Part shown: positions 1-9,503 of the stretch, piece after piece
How positions within the stretch are numbered: the first letter of the stretch is position 1
Layout: each line of letters starts with the position of its first letter
Virus record (IMG/VR): IMGVR_UViG_3300045988_114594
Span: 1 to 39,653 of that record
Source: a virus
DNA: 39,653 bases
Reading direction: 5' to 3' (one strand)
Position numbers and translations under genes: made by a program
Notes under the pieces: generated by a model
Database searches by the model: none
What the model was told of the DNA's origin: nothing
The model's input: only the letters and a program-made list of their open reading frames with translations

Positions 1-55
1 ACGCGGCGGTGATGGACCTTGGCATGACGGATGTCGCCAAGGAGGCGGCGACGTC
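1..55. repeat. Circularisation overlap, identical to 39599-39653
   Basis: A base-by-base comparison shows 55/55 identity with the window end. Confidence 0.95.
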
Positions 56-3000
56 GACCAAGACGATTGAGGGCGCCTGGGGGAACCTTGAGGCGGCCCT
101 GACGTCCGGGGCGATGGGTATCGTCGACCAGATCAAGCCCGCCCTGACCGACTTCATGGGGAATGTCGCCACCGGGGCCGAGGCGGCTTTCGGGTGGATC
201 AACGACAAATTGGTGCCCGGCATTCAGGGCGTCTGGGACATTCTCTCCAAGGGAAAGTTTGACGGCTCCGATAAACTCTTCGGACTCGAAGAAGATTCTG
301 GTATCGTCGATTTCCTTTTCAAGATCGGGGAGTCCGCTCGCGCGGCCGGTGACTGGATTACCGGCACGCTCGTGCCCGGCCTACAGGGCGTCGCCAGCAT
401 CCTGTTCTCCGGCGACTACCAGGGGCCTGATTCACTCTTCGGCCTCGAAGAGGACAGTGGGGTCGTGGATTGGCTGTTCCGCATCCGAGATGCTGTCATC
501 GAGGTCGGCAACTGGGTCAACAACACGCTCATCCCGTCACTCCAGAGCGTCGCGTCGATCATTTTCACGGGAGATACGGACAAGCCACTCTTTGGGCTCA
601 AGCCCGATTCGGCCATCATCAGTTTCCTGGAGGGGCTGCGCGACGCCGTTGGCTGGGTAGTGGATGCTGGCCTGAAACTAAGTTCCTGGATCGTCGACAA
701 CAGAGCCCTTTTGGGCGGCCTGGCGGTCACGGTCGGCACTGCTGTCGTGGCTTTCAAGGGCATGCAGGTGGTAATGGCGGTCTCCGCCCTGGGCGGCATC
801 ACCCCGATGATTACGTCCGCTGTGACGGGCTTGATTTCGTTTGAGAGGGTGACAAACCTCGCTAAGAGCGCCCAGATCGCTTTCAACATTGTGTTGAATG
901 CGAACCCGATCATCCTTGTGGTGACGGCTATTCTCACTCTGGTCGCCGCCCTGGCGTGGTTTTTCACCCAGACGGAGACGGGTAAAAAGGCGTGGGCGGC
1001 GATCACCGAGGAGTTTCAGAAGTTCCTGGCTTGGATCGCCCCTTACTGGGATGCGACCCTGAATGCTCTCAGCTCGGCCTGGAATACGGTGTGGAACGCC
1101 GTCAGCGGATTCTTCACCTCCTATGTGGTGCCGGCTATCACGGGCGCTGTAGGCGTCCTGGGGAGCATCTGGAACGGTCTCGTGGGGATTGTGACCGGCG
1201 TCTGGTCTGGTATTCAGACTGCGGTGCAGACGGTCGCCGACTGGTTTACCACCTATGTGGTGCCGGTTTTTGAGGCCGTGTGGACCGGAATCAAGGTCGG
1301 GATCTGGGCGCTGTCCATCCCGTTCATTGTGGTGTGGACGCTTATCCAGGTCGCCGTTCAGTTGGTCGTGGACTGGTTCATGGCCTATGTCGCTCCGACG
1401 CTCGCGACGGTCTGGTCGTGGGTGGTTACCGGGGCGCAATACCTTTGGGTTGGAATTCAGGCCGTGTGGACCGGGATCATGGCCGCCGTCGGCGTGGCCG
1501 TGGATTGGTTCAACGCCTATGTGGCCCCGGTTTTGGCCGCCGTGTGGTCGGGGATCCAGGCGGGCGCGCAATTCCTGTGGAACGGCATCGTGACCATCTG
1601 GAACGGCATCAAGATGGCCGTGCAGGTCGTCGCCGATTTCTTCACGGCCTACGTCATGCCGGCCATTTCCGCAGTGTGGACCGGCATCCAGAGTGGAGCC
1701 CAGTTCCTCTGGAACGGCATCGTGACCATCTGGAACGGGATCAAGGCGACGATCAACACGGTTGTCTCATGGTTCCAGGCCTACGTGCAGCCCGTCATTT
1801 CCGCGGTGTGGAATGGCATCAAGAATGGTGCCGACCTCCTGTGGGGTGGGATCAAGACCGTCTGGAACGGCATCAAGAGCACCATTAATACGGTGGCGTC
1901 TTGGTTCCAGGACACTCTGAAGCCTATTTTTGATACGGTCACGACGAATATCAAAAAGGCTTTCGAGAATATGAAGTCCGGCATTCAGACCGTATGGGAC
2001 TCTGTTAAGGGGATCGCGGCGAAGCCGATTAACTTCATCATTAATACCGTTTACAAGAATGGTATTAAGAAGACGGCCGACAGTATTGCGGAGAAACTGG
2101 GGCTCTCGCTCCGCCTCCCGGACGTCAGCCCGATCCCCGGATACGCAACTGGTGGCGTCCTACCCGGCTACTCGCCGGGGCGGGACATCTACCACTTCTA
2201 CTCGCCGGACGGCGGTGGCGCAATCGCCCTGTCCGGCGGCGAGGCCATCATGCGGCCAGAGTGGGTGAAGGCCGTCGGCGGCCCCGCCGCCGTCCACCGG
2301 ATGAACGCCGCCGCGCGGGGTTCGAGCGGGGCGCACATCCCCGGCGGGGACACGGGCGCGAAATTCGCCGCTTTCGCCAAGGGCGGCATCTGGGACAAGA
2401 TCAAGGGAGCCGCCAGCAGCGGATGGGATGCGGCCACCGGCTGGCTCTCCAGTGCAGCGGATGCGGTCGCCTCGATCATCTCCGACCCGCTCGGGGCGGT
2501 CGAGAACCTTATCCGCATCCCCATGAATGCCGTCATGGGCGGCCTGCCCGGATCCGGCTTCTTCAAGGACATGGCGGCCGCACTGCCCGGCAAGTGGGTT
2601 GACGGTTTCGGTCAGTGGCTCAAGAGCAAGACCGCTACCATGGCCGCCAGCGACATTGTGAACGCCGCGAGGAAGGCGATCGGCGCGACCTACGTGTGGG
2701 GTGGATCCTCGATCCCGCCCGGCGTCGACTGCTCCGGTCTCGTGTACTGGGCGGCCCACCAGATGGGCTCCCAGATCCCGCGCCTGACGGCCGCCGGCTA
2801 CCAGGCAGGCAGCACGCCCGGCGGGTCACTAAATACTCCCGGCACGCTCCTGTTCTGGGGCGCTCCGGCGCACCACATCGCCATCGCCTCCGGCAACGGG
2901 ATGATGGTCGAGGCCCCCACGTTCGGGATCCCGGTCCGCGAGACCCCGATCTACGGCAGCCCGAGCACCGGGCTCTACAAGTTCGACTCCGGGGGCCTGC

Positions 3001-3209
3001 TACAGCCGGGCCTGACGACGGTCCTCAACGCCACCGGCCGGCCGGAACCAGTTTTCACCGGCGGCCAGTGGTCGAAGATCGACGACCTCCTCAGCAAGGG
3101 CGGCAACGCGCCGAGCGTGCTCGAGGTGCGCGACGTCGACGGCGAACTCGTGGGCCGGATGCGCGTCGAGGCCGAGCGTGTCGCCGTCGAGGTCTCACGC
3201 AACGACTGA
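1..3209 (+). CDS. Tape measure protein, C-terminal ~1069 codons (continues from 38917..39653 across the circular junction), with a C-terminal NlpC/P60 peptidase domain
   Basis: The frame is open from nt 3 with no upstream stop and matches the frame of 38917 after the 39,598-nt offset. It has 44-aa W/G-rich tandem repeats, a GYATGG..GGEAIM motif, and an NlpC/P60 block (YVWGG..DCSGLV..HHIAIA). Stop is TGA at 3207-3209. Confidence 0.9.
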   Translation, partial: AAVMDLGMTDVAKEAATSTKTIEGAWGNLEAALTSGAMGIVDQIKPALTDFMGNVATGAEAAFGWINDKLVPGIQGVWDILSKGKFDGSDKLFGLEEDSGIVDFLFKIGESARAAGDWITGTLVPGLQGVASILFSGDYQGPDSLFGLEEDSGVVDWLFRIRDAVIEVGNWVNNTLIPSLQSVASIIFTGDTDKPLFGLKPDSAIISFLEGLRDAVGWVVDAGLKLSSWIVDNRALLGGLAVTVGTAVVAFKGMQVVMAVSALGGITPMITSAVTGLISFERVTNLAKSAQIAFNIVLNANPIILVVTAILTLVAALAWFFTQTETGKKAWAAITEEFQKFLAWIAPYWDATLNALSSAWNTVWNAVSGFFTSYVVPAITGAVGVLGSIWNGLVGIVTGVWSGIQTAVQTVADWFTTYVVPVFEAVWTGIKVGIWALSIPFIVVWTLIQVAVQLVVDWFMAYVAPTLATVWSWVVTGAQYLWVGIQAVWTGIMAAVGVAVDWFNAYVAPVLAAVWSGIQAGAQFLWNGIVTIWNGIKMAVQVVADFFTAYVMPAISAVWTGIQSGAQFLWNGIVTIWNGIKATINTVVSWFQAYVQPVISAVWNGIKNGADLLWGGIKTVWNGIKSTINTVASWFQDTLKPIFDTVTTNIKKAFENMKSGIQTVWDSVKGIAAKPINFIINTVYKNGIKKTADSIAEKLGLSLRLPDVSPIPGYATGGVLPGYSPGRDIYHFYSPDGGGAIALSGGEAIMRPEWVKAVGGPAAVHRMNAAARGSSGAHIPGGDTGAKFAAFAKGGIWDKIKGAASSGWDAATGWLSSAADAVASIISDPLGAVENLIRIPMNAVMGGLPGSGFFKDMAAALPGKWVDGFGQWLKSKTATMAASDIVNAARKAIGATYVWGGSSIPPGVDCSGLVYWAAHQMGSQIPRLTAAGYQAGSTPGGSLNTPGTLLFWGAPAHHIAIASGNGMMVEAPTFGIPVRETPIYGSPSTGLYKFDSGGLLQPGLTTVLNATGRPEPVFTGGQWSKIDDLLSKGGNAPSVLEVRDVDGELVGRMRVEAERVAVEVSRND
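276..740 (+). repeat. Three tandem ~51-53-codon repeats inside the tape measure gene (LFGLEEDSG.VD.LF...LQ.VASI.F.GD)
   Basis: The CTCTTC/CTCTTT repeat heads at 276, 435 and 588 are spaced 159 and 153 nt apart. The peptide units are clearly similar. Confidence 0.8.
1092..2015 (+). repeat. About seven tandem 132-bp (44-codon) repeats inside the tape measure gene
   Basis: The unit is V..V.DWF.AYV.P...AVW.GI..GAQFLWNGIVTIWNGIK. A near-identical 42-mer occurs at 1572-1613 and 1704-1745, offset exactly 132 nt. Confidence 0.85.
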
Positions 3210-3224
3210 CAGAGAGGGGGCGCT

Positions 3225-3923
3225 ATGGCGCTCAAGGGCTGGATCGGCACGACGTCTGGCCTGCCGTCCCTGCTGGTGGACGGGCCAGCCACGGTGACTG
3301 CTGGTGACCGTGTGCTAGCCCGCCTCGGGGAGGGGCAGCACCTCATCGCGGATGGCCTGGCCGCGCCCGGCGTCGAGGCCACCTACAGGGCGGGGGGCGA
3401 CAGTGTGTCGCTCACCCGCCCCGTCGGGGACTGGTACGGGGTGCACGTGGCCGGCAGGGACGGCCGCTCCGCCCCTGGCCTCATCTACGTCAGCAATGAG
3501 GACCCCGTGGAGTGGTCTTCGAAGGTGAGCCATGTCGGCGGGGTGGCCCGCTGGGCGCTCCGGGATGAGCCCGAGACGGGGAGCGGCGTCATCGCCTGCC
3601 ACCCCGACGCCGAGCCCTACCTGTGGTGGGTGCTCCAGGCTCACCACCCGATCATGCTGATCCCGGCCGCCCCGACTGCTGGGGTGCCGCCGAGGACGGT
3701 CATCGTCACCGGCGTCTCCCGGAAGCGTCTCATTGATGATCTTATCGAGCTGACGGTGAAGTGGACGGCCCACGAGCCCCGCTCCGACAGTGAGCCACTG
3801 GGGGCTGTCCCGGTGACCACCTGGGGTGAGTGGCAGGACTACGGCGAGGCGCACCCGGAGACTCCGGGCTGGCAGGCGTGGTCGGCTATCGAGGTCGCCA
3901 AGCGCGTGCAGGGGATGCCATGA
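3225..3923 (+). CDS. Minor tail protein (distal tail protein candidate, by position)
   Basis: This 232-aa ORF has a GAGAGGGGG RBS and is the first gene after the tape measure gene. Its stop overlaps the next start (ATGA). Confidence 0.65.
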   Translation: MALKGWIGTTSGLPSLLVDGPATVTAGDRVLARLGEGQHLIADGLAAPGVEATYRAGGDSVSLTRPVGDWYGVHVAGRDGRSAPGLIYVSNEDPVEWSSKVSHVGGVARWALRDEPETGSGVIACHPDAEPYLWWVLQAHHPIMLIPAAPTAGVPPRTVIVTGVSRKRLIDDLIELTVKWTAHEPRSDSEPLGAVPVTTWGEWQDYGEAHPETPGWQAWSAIEVAKRVQGMP

Positions 3924-4981
3924 GGCCGGGGCCTAGCACTGAGGCACTGGCCGGGCCTGTCGCCGTCGGCGCGCGGATCGACGTCCACCTTGGGCGCACT
4001 GTGGTCGCCCTGGACGTCCCGTGCGAGGACGTGCAGATCGACTGGGCGTCCGACCGTGTCGTCCCCGGCAAGTTGTCCTACACCTGCCCGTCAGGGTGGG
4101 TGCCAGAATCGCCAGCCGACCCGCTCGCGAACTACGGGCAGCGCAGTCACGTCGTCGCCGTCCTTGAGACCCCGGCCGGCCGCGATGAGGTTGACCTGGG
4201 GTGGTGGCAGCACCAGTCCTGGGAGGAGGACACCTCCGGGAAGGTCAAGGTTGAGTGCCTGGACCTGCTTCAGGTGCTTGAGCAGGATCCGATGGCGTGG
4301 CCGTCGTCCCCGCCCCGTGGGGCGACGGTCCTGTCTGAGGCGCAGCGTCTCGCTGGGACTCTCCCGGTGGTCCTGGACCCTGGGACCCCGAATCCTCTGG
4401 TGCCCGCGTCTACTCAGTGGGGTCACTCTAGGACTGAGGCGATCCGGGACCTGTGTCACCCCAGGGGGATCAACTGGGCGGTCAAGGCGGATGGGTGCCT
4501 GCACCTGTGGGCGCAGACGACTGCCCGCAACCCGGTGGCCCGATACTCGGGCCGGGACCTGCTCGTGGAGGCGCCTCGCAAGAGCGTGGAGCGCCGCCCG
4601 AACAGGTGGGTGGCCGTCGGCAGCCCGCAGCAGACCAACGACAAGAAGCCGGCAGTGAAGTGGACCGGCACTGCGACGGCAGCCTCCTGGCCCTACGAGC
4701 CCAGCATCTACGGATGGGTTACTGAGCGCAAGGAGATCAACTCCGCTGACAGTCGTGCTGCCGTCCACAAGGCAGCGCTCACGAACATGGAGACGTCCCT
4801 GTCGGCGGCGTCGAAGAGGTCGGTGGAGATCGCCCCTGACCCCCGCTTGGAGGCTGGCGACGTGATCGCTGTCCACACCGACGCCGGGGAGGTCATCGTC
4901 GGCAAGGTGACCGCCTACAGCCTGCCGGTGGACAAGCCGGGTGGGCAGATGAGAGTCGACATGGAGGAACTGGCATGGTGA
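3920..4981 (+). CDS. Minor tail protein (tail hub / Tal position)
   Basis: ATG 3920 overlaps the upstream TGA (ATGA). The ORF is 353 aa and is the second gene after the tape measure gene. The longer ORF from 3830 was rejected because of the coupling geometry. Confidence 0.6.
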   Translation: MRPGPSTEALAGPVAVGARIDVHLGRTVVALDVPCEDVQIDWASDRVVPGKLSYTCPSGWVPESPADPLANYGQRSHVVAVLETPAGRDEVDLGWWQHQSWEEDTSGKVKVECLDLLQVLEQDPMAWPSSPPRGATVLSEAQRLAGTLPVVLDPGTPNPLVPASTQWGHSRTEAIRDLCHPRGINWAVKADGCLHLWAQTTARNPVARYSGRDLLVEAPRKSVERRPNRWVAVGSPQQTNDKKPAVKWTGTATAASWPYEPSIYGWVTERKEINSADSRAAVHKAALTNMETSLSAASKRSVEIAPDPRLEAGDVIAVHTDAGEVIVGKVTAYSLPVDKPGGQMRVDMEELAW

Positions 4982-7023
4982 GACCGAACCTGTGGATCGA
5001 TCGCAAGCCGTCGCCGCGCACCGCTGTCGCGTCGCAGCAGGCGTCCTACGGCTCCGGTAGCCAGGCGGGCACGTGGGCCACTGGCCGCGTCGTCGACGTC
5101 GAGGACGGCGGCATGGTCCGCGTCGAGCTCCCGGCCGATGACCCGGTGAGTGAGGTCGTGGCCCCGGCTGACGGCGGCGTTACCGCCATCGGTGCGGAGT
5201 GCGTGTGCCTCCAGGACGGGACGGGCCGCGTCTACCAGGTGGTCTCACCGGCCGCGCTCCCCGAGGGCAGGCAGGCGCGCGCTACGGGCGCGACGGGCCG
5301 GATCGCACTGGAGGCGGCCGGCACCAAGGCCGAGCTTGACGCCGCCAAGGCCGAGATCGAGGCCGCGCAGAAGCGCCTGGGCGAGGAGGTCAAGGCCGCC
5401 AAGGACGCCGCAGCCACCTCTGGTGAGGCGGCCGCGAACGCCCTGAAGCGGGCGATCGGCCGCGTGACGGTCGCCGGGACCTCACCCGCGGATCCCGTGG
5501 ACGGGGACCTGTGGGTGGTGACCGGCGCGGACAAGCAGGCCACCGGCGTCAAGGTGTGGTCCGGGCAGGAGAAGACCTGGCAGGACTACATGCTGGTCGC
5601 CGGCAAGGTCCTCGTCCCCGGCTCGGTGGGCGCGGTCCAGATCGCCGACGGCGCTGTCACCGCACCAAAGATCACCGCCTCGGATGAACTCTGGGCCAAG
5701 GTCGCGACCTTCGCGAAGGTGACGACGCAGATGCTCCAGGCCGGATCCGCGAAGATCACCGGGGAACTGCTGGCTGACACGATCCGTCTGTCTACGCGGA
5801 TCGTGGCCGGTGACCCCTCCGGTGACGCGGCGATCATGGACTCCACGGGGCTCCACGTGGTGAAGGCCGTCGGGAACCAGCCCACGGAGGTCGTCACGCT
5901 GGGTACCAGCGGCTCGGATTTCCTGTCGATCACCGGCACCGACGGGCTCGCCAAGGCGACCATCACCGGCGACGGCGAGGTCACGACACAGTCCCTCTCT
6001 GTCGCCGATCGGATCACGTGGCGCGGCACGGACCTGGCCGACACTCTGGCTGCCCTGCCTAGGGGTGTGATCGGCTGGGGTGAGTGTTGGTCCTGGGGAG
6101 ACAACGAGAACCATATCGTGCGCTCAGTCGACTCCATGTATGAGATCGTCGTCGACCTCGAAGCCGGGAGAATCTACCAAGCGACCACGATGCTGACATG
6201 GTACGCGAACAAGGCAAACGCCATGCTCGAGGCCCGCATGCAGGGCGAGCCAGTAGGCAACGGCGCAAAGGGCACCTTCGAGTACCGGGTGCGCCTAGTG
6301 TCGGAGAACCGGAACCAACTCCAGACGTCGCACGCGGCGTTCCAGCCGTTCACGGTAGAGGCATCAGGCACGTACCGACTCCTGTTCCTGGCCGCGTCAG
6401 CCTACGGCTCCGAGGGCGTCATGCTGACGAAGAGCGACGCATCCCTCCCGACACCCTATGTGCTGGTGCAGGACCTCGGCCTGGCCCCAGAGAAGACAGT
6501 CCAGCCGAACCACACAGTGATACTGGGCGCCCCGAAACCATCGGAGCAGCCACAACCGAAACGCAACTACGTCAAGAAGTACCGCTCGAACTGGTGGAAG
6601 GCGTACTCCAACGGCTCCCCGGATTCGTCGTGGCCGGACACTATGCCGCAGGGCCGCTACGGAAACTGGGCGTATAACTCCTTGATCGGCTTCCCGAATA
6701 TGACGGCCGACCTGGCTGGAGCCACGATCACGAATATGCGCGTCTACGCGTATGCGAAGCACTGGTACGGACAGACCGGCGTCGCTTCTATTGGCTCGCA
6801 TGGTTTCCAGTCCGCGCCCGGCTCCTACTCCGGTGGCGGCAACCGCTGGTATGAGTCCGGCGGCTGGGGTCGCGGTGACGGCCGCTGGATCCAGATCCCC
6901 CGAGACCAGTGGAACAGCTGGAAAGGTGGCTATTTCCGCGGCATTTCCTTTGAGACTAAGGGGAACGCCAGTTACGGCTACTGGTCACACGACCTGACTA
7001 TCGAAGTCTCCTACACCAAGTGA
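4975..7023 (+). CDS. Minor tail protein / tail-fibre-like (coiled-coil segment, Trp/Gly/Tyr-rich C-terminal domain)
   Basis: This 682-aa ORF overlaps the upstream stop. It has an Ala/Glu/Lys heptad-like stretch (ELDAAKAEIEAAQKRLGEEVKAAKDAA) and a C-terminal region resembling a receptor-binding domain. Confidence 0.7.
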   Translation: MVRPNLWIDRKPSPRTAVASQQASYGSGSQAGTWATGRVVDVEDGGMVRVELPADDPVSEVVAPADGGVTAIGAECVCLQDGTGRVYQVVSPAALPEGRQARATGATGRIALEAAGTKAELDAAKAEIEAAQKRLGEEVKAAKDAAATSGEAAANALKRAIGRVTVAGTSPADPVDGDLWVVTGADKQATGVKVWSGQEKTWQDYMLVAGKVLVPGSVGAVQIADGAVTAPKITASDELWAKVATFAKVTTQMLQAGSAKITGELLADTIRLSTRIVAGDPSGDAAIMDSTGLHVVKAVGNQPTEVVTLGTSGSDFLSITGTDGLAKATITGDGEVTTQSLSVADRITWRGTDLADTLAALPRGVIGWGECWSWGDNENHIVRSVDSMYEIVVDLEAGRIYQATTMLTWYANKANAMLEARMQGEPVGNGAKGTFEYRVRLVSENRNQLQTSHAAFQPFTVEASGTYRLLFLAASAYGSEGVMLTKSDASLPTPYVLVQDLGLAPEKTVQPNHTVILGAPKPSEQPQPKRNYVKKYRSNWWKAYSNGSPDSSWPDTMPQGRYGNWAYNSLIGFPNMTADLAGATITNMRVYAYAKHWYGQTGVASIGSHGFQSAPGSYSGGGNRWYESGGWGRGDGRWIQIPRDQWNSWKGGYFRGISFETKGNASYGYWSHDLTIEVSYTK

Positions 7024-7035
7024 AAGGCGAGACGA

Positions 7036-7686
7036 ATGCCAACAACCCATTGGAAGGGCGTGCCGGTCCCGGAGGCCGGGGATGACCTACTGTCCGCGTG
7101 GCCGAACGCTCTAGACGCCGCGGGGATCATCTTCCCCGCCCAGTCCGTCGCCGCCGGCAGGGAGATCCTGTCAAGGGCCGAGGCTGCCGGCCACGCCCCC
7201 ACGGCCGCCCACCCCGCCTACGTCGATGTCGGCGGCATCCTGTACCGCTCCGACGGATCCAAGAACGGCTCCACCTGGATCCTGCGCCCGATCAACGAGG
7301 TGCAGGCCGCAGAGGCCAGCGTCGTCGTCGCAAACACCCTGAAGCTCGGCAACAACCAGTACTCGGGAGCAGCCCAGGTTGACCTGGGCGTGCGCCCCTA
7401 CGACCGGATTGTCCAGGTGTCATTCACGGTATGGGGCCGTGTCAGCGCGGGCGACATTGACGCCACCGTGCTTCTCCTGGACCGCCCCTACCGGGCGCGC
7501 TTCCCCAATGACTCCACGGGCGCGTCCGTCACCGTCACCGGGATTCGCGTGGTGCCGGCCGGTCAGGACCCGAAGATTCGCTGCGGTTTTACCGGAGCGT
7601 ACGGAACAGGCGGCACATTCTCCATTAGTGGGGACTCCGCCTACTCCACCCTATTTGCAACCGCACTACCAAGGAGTATGGGCTAA
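7036..7686 (+). CDS. Minor tail protein
   Basis: This 216-aa ORF sits in the tail module and has an AAGGCGAG RBS. Confidence 0.6.
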   Translation: MPTTHWKGVPVPEAGDDLLSAWPNALDAAGIIFPAQSVAAGREILSRAEAAGHAPTAAHPAYVDVGGILYRSDGSKNGSTWILRPINEVQAAEASVVVANTLKLGNNQYSGAAQVDLGVRPYDRIVQVSFTVWGRVSAGDIDATVLLLDRPYRARFPNDSTGASVTVTGIRVVPAGQDPKIRCGFTGAYGTGGTFSISGDSAYSTLFATALPRSMG

Positions 7687-8033
7687 TGCCTGCTGGATAT
7701 CTGGACACGTCAGAACGCGGCCTCAAGGCTATGACCGACACCGACTTTAACGGCCTGGCCGAGCGAGTCTCCGTGGAATTCTCCCGCCGCGAGTACCTGC
7801 GCAACTGCAAGGAGGAGGTCGACAAGCGCGTCGACGCCTACATGCAGTCCGTCTCCGGGGAGGCGAAGGACATCAAGAGCCTCCGGCCGGACGCGATGGT
7901 GGGGCCGGGTGAGCGGATCATCGTCACCGGCAAGTACTACAAGAACGTCTCCCGCGCCTGGCTGTCGCCTTTCAAGGCCGGCCCGGTCAATTTTGCCGCC
8001 GGCTGGGAGGAGCAGCAGGGAGGCGTAGCCTAA
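7686..8033 (+). CDS. Hypothetical protein (end of tail module)
   Basis: This 115-aa ORF has its ATG overlapping the upstream TAA. Third-position GC bias is good. Confidence 0.55.
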   Translation: MPAGYLDTSERGLKAMTDTDFNGLAERVSVEFSRREYLRNCKEEVDKRVDAYMQSVSGEAKDIKSLRPDAMVGPGERIIVTGKYYKNVSRAWLSPFKAGPVNFAAGWEEQQGGVA

Positions 8034-8059
8034 ACAGCCACCCCCTCCCAACTAACAAC

Positions 8060-8086
8060 GTCCCCGCGCCGCCAGGTGACGGGGAT
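8060..8086 (+). terminator. Weak hairpin plus T-rich tail after the tail genes
   Basis: GTCCCCG-N13-CGGGGAT is followed by TTCCTATAT. Confidence 0.3.
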
Positions 8087-8116
8087 TTCCTATATCCGAA
8101 ATCAGGAGAACCAAGA

Positions 8117-8233
8117 ATGCCTGAACCCACCACACCGGAGGAGCAGCTGACCGCCGCCATGCCCCCCGCTGACCACACCCCCGCCGACGTCGGCCCCCTC
8201 CTGCCCATCAACCTGGCGGGGGTGCACGCCTGA
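8117..8233 (+). CDS. Small hypothetical protein (38 aa, Pro-rich)
   Basis: An AGGAGA RBS lies at 8104-8109, and the stop TGA overlaps the endolysin ATG (TGATG). The ORF is below the ORF-track length cutoff. Confidence 0.3.
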   Translation: MPEPTTPEEQLTAAMPPADHTPADVGPLLPINLAGVHA

Positions 8234-9174
8234 TGCCCACCGCACAGCAGGTCATGACCACCGCCTGCCAGGAGATCGGCTACACCCGCTGGGACGACCC
8301 CGAGGAGGGCAGTAAGTACGGGCGCGACTACGCCACCCGCAACGGGGCCTACTTCGGCGCGTCCGGCGTCCCCTTCTGTGCCATGTTCGTCACATGGTGC
8401 TTTCGCCAATGGGGAGCCACCCCGCCCGGCGGCGACTTCGCCTACGTCCCACACGTCATCCAGCGGGCAGCCGCAACCGGCCAACTCGTGAGCAAGTACG
8501 ACGCCCAGTTCGGGGACATCGTCTGTTTCGACTGGGACGGCGACGGCGTCGCAGACCACGTTGGCTTCGTCTACTCCAACCTAGGGTCCTACGTACAGAC
8601 CGTCGAGGGCAACACCAGCAGCGGCACTTCCGGGTCGCAGTCCAACGGTGGCGGCGTCTACTCGCGCGCCCGCGACTGGGAGGACATCTGCGCGGTTGTC
8701 CGTCCGAACTACGGAGGCGCCTCCTCCCCCACCCCCTCCGCGCCGGCGAGGGAGGTCAAGCCCTACACCGGCAAGAAGAACAAGAGCGACGGGCAGTCAG
8801 AACTCACACCGAACGGCGTCTTCGGCCCAGCCACCATCGCCCGCCTTCAGCAGGTCATGGGCACGGCCATCGATGGCGTCCTGGACGAGGACGGCAGCCC
8901 GGCTGTCGAGCGCTTGCAGCAGTTCCTGAACTCCGCCGTCAAGCCGGACCAGCAGCAGGCACTCAATGATTCCCCGGCGCTCGACGTCGACGGCGTCCTT
9001 GGGGCTGACACGTGGAGGACGCTCCAGTTCCTCATCATGGCCTGGCACAAGGAGTACCTGCCGGCAGGCTGGGACTTCGCTGACTGGGTAGATGGTGATG
9101 CCGGAACGGCCACGATCGGCGCTCTCCAGCGCGCACTCAACAACTCCAGGGCTGGCTCCGGCCGCCTCTGGTGA
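8233..9174 (+). CDS. Endolysin: N-terminal CHAP amidase/peptidase plus C-terminal peptidoglycan-binding repeats
   Basis: The CHAP signature is present (GVPFCAMFVTW ... DHVGFV ... EGNTS). The C-terminus has two PG_binding-like repeats (GVFGPATIARLQQ.., VDGVLGADTWRTLQ). Confidence 0.85.
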   Translation: MPTAQQVMTTACQEIGYTRWDDPEEGSKYGRDYATRNGAYFGASGVPFCAMFVTWCFRQWGATPPGGDFAYVPHVIQRAAATGQLVSKYDAQFGDIVCFDWDGDGVADHVGFVYSNLGSYVQTVEGNTSSGTSGSQSNGGGVYSRARDWEDICAVVRPNYGGASSPTPSAPAREVKPYTGKKNKSDGQSELTPNGVFGPATIARLQQVMGTAIDGVLDEDGSPAVERLQQFLNSAVKPDQQQALNDSPALDVDGVLGADTWRTLQFLIMAWHKEYLPAGWDFADWVDGDAGTATIGALQRALNNSRAGSGRLW

Positions 9175-9200
9175 CCGCCACCCATCTAGGAAGGATCATT

Positions 9201-9503
9201 ATGGGAAAGCATGAGGCTACCGCCTCCCAGGTAATTCATCCGTCGCGCGCCGTCATCCGGACGGTCTTCCAGGCCCTCGTGGGCCTGTGCGCCCTGGCTC
9301 CGGTGGTCTACACGGCCGCCAGCCAGCAGGACCCGGCTGTCGCCACTGGCGCTGCCGCTGGTGTCCTCGCCATCACGGGTGCGGTCACCCGCATTATGGC
9401 CCTGCCTGGCGTGGACGCCTGGCTGCGCATCTACGTGCCGTGGCTGGCCGCCGCCCCGGCTGAGACGCAGCAGCCCGCTACCAGCGAGCCTGAGGCGTCC
9501 TGA
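9201..9503 (+). CDS. Holin-like membrane protein (2 predicted TM helices)
   Basis: A GGAAGGA RBS precedes the ATG. Hydrophobic segments are VFQALVGLCALAPVVY and AAAGVLAITGAVTRIMAL. The gene lies immediately after the endolysin. Confidence 0.6.
   Translation: MGKHEATASQVIHPSRAVIRTVFQALVGLCALAPVVYTAASQQDPAVATGAAAGVLAITGAVTRIMALPGVDAWLRIYVPWLAAAPAETQQPATSEPEAS

Noticed and set aside
678-1571. Long minus-strand and alternative-frame ORFs throughout the track (for example 678-1571, 2160-2759, 5482-6114, 19548-20312, 30543-31658, 32648-33559, 34035-34751, 34931-35764).
   Set aside because: Their translations are Arg/Pro/Gly/His-rich and low in complexity. They lie antisense to, or out of frame with, genes that carry recognisable motifs. 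They lack ribosome-binding sites. These are the typical shadow ORFs of high-GC DNA.
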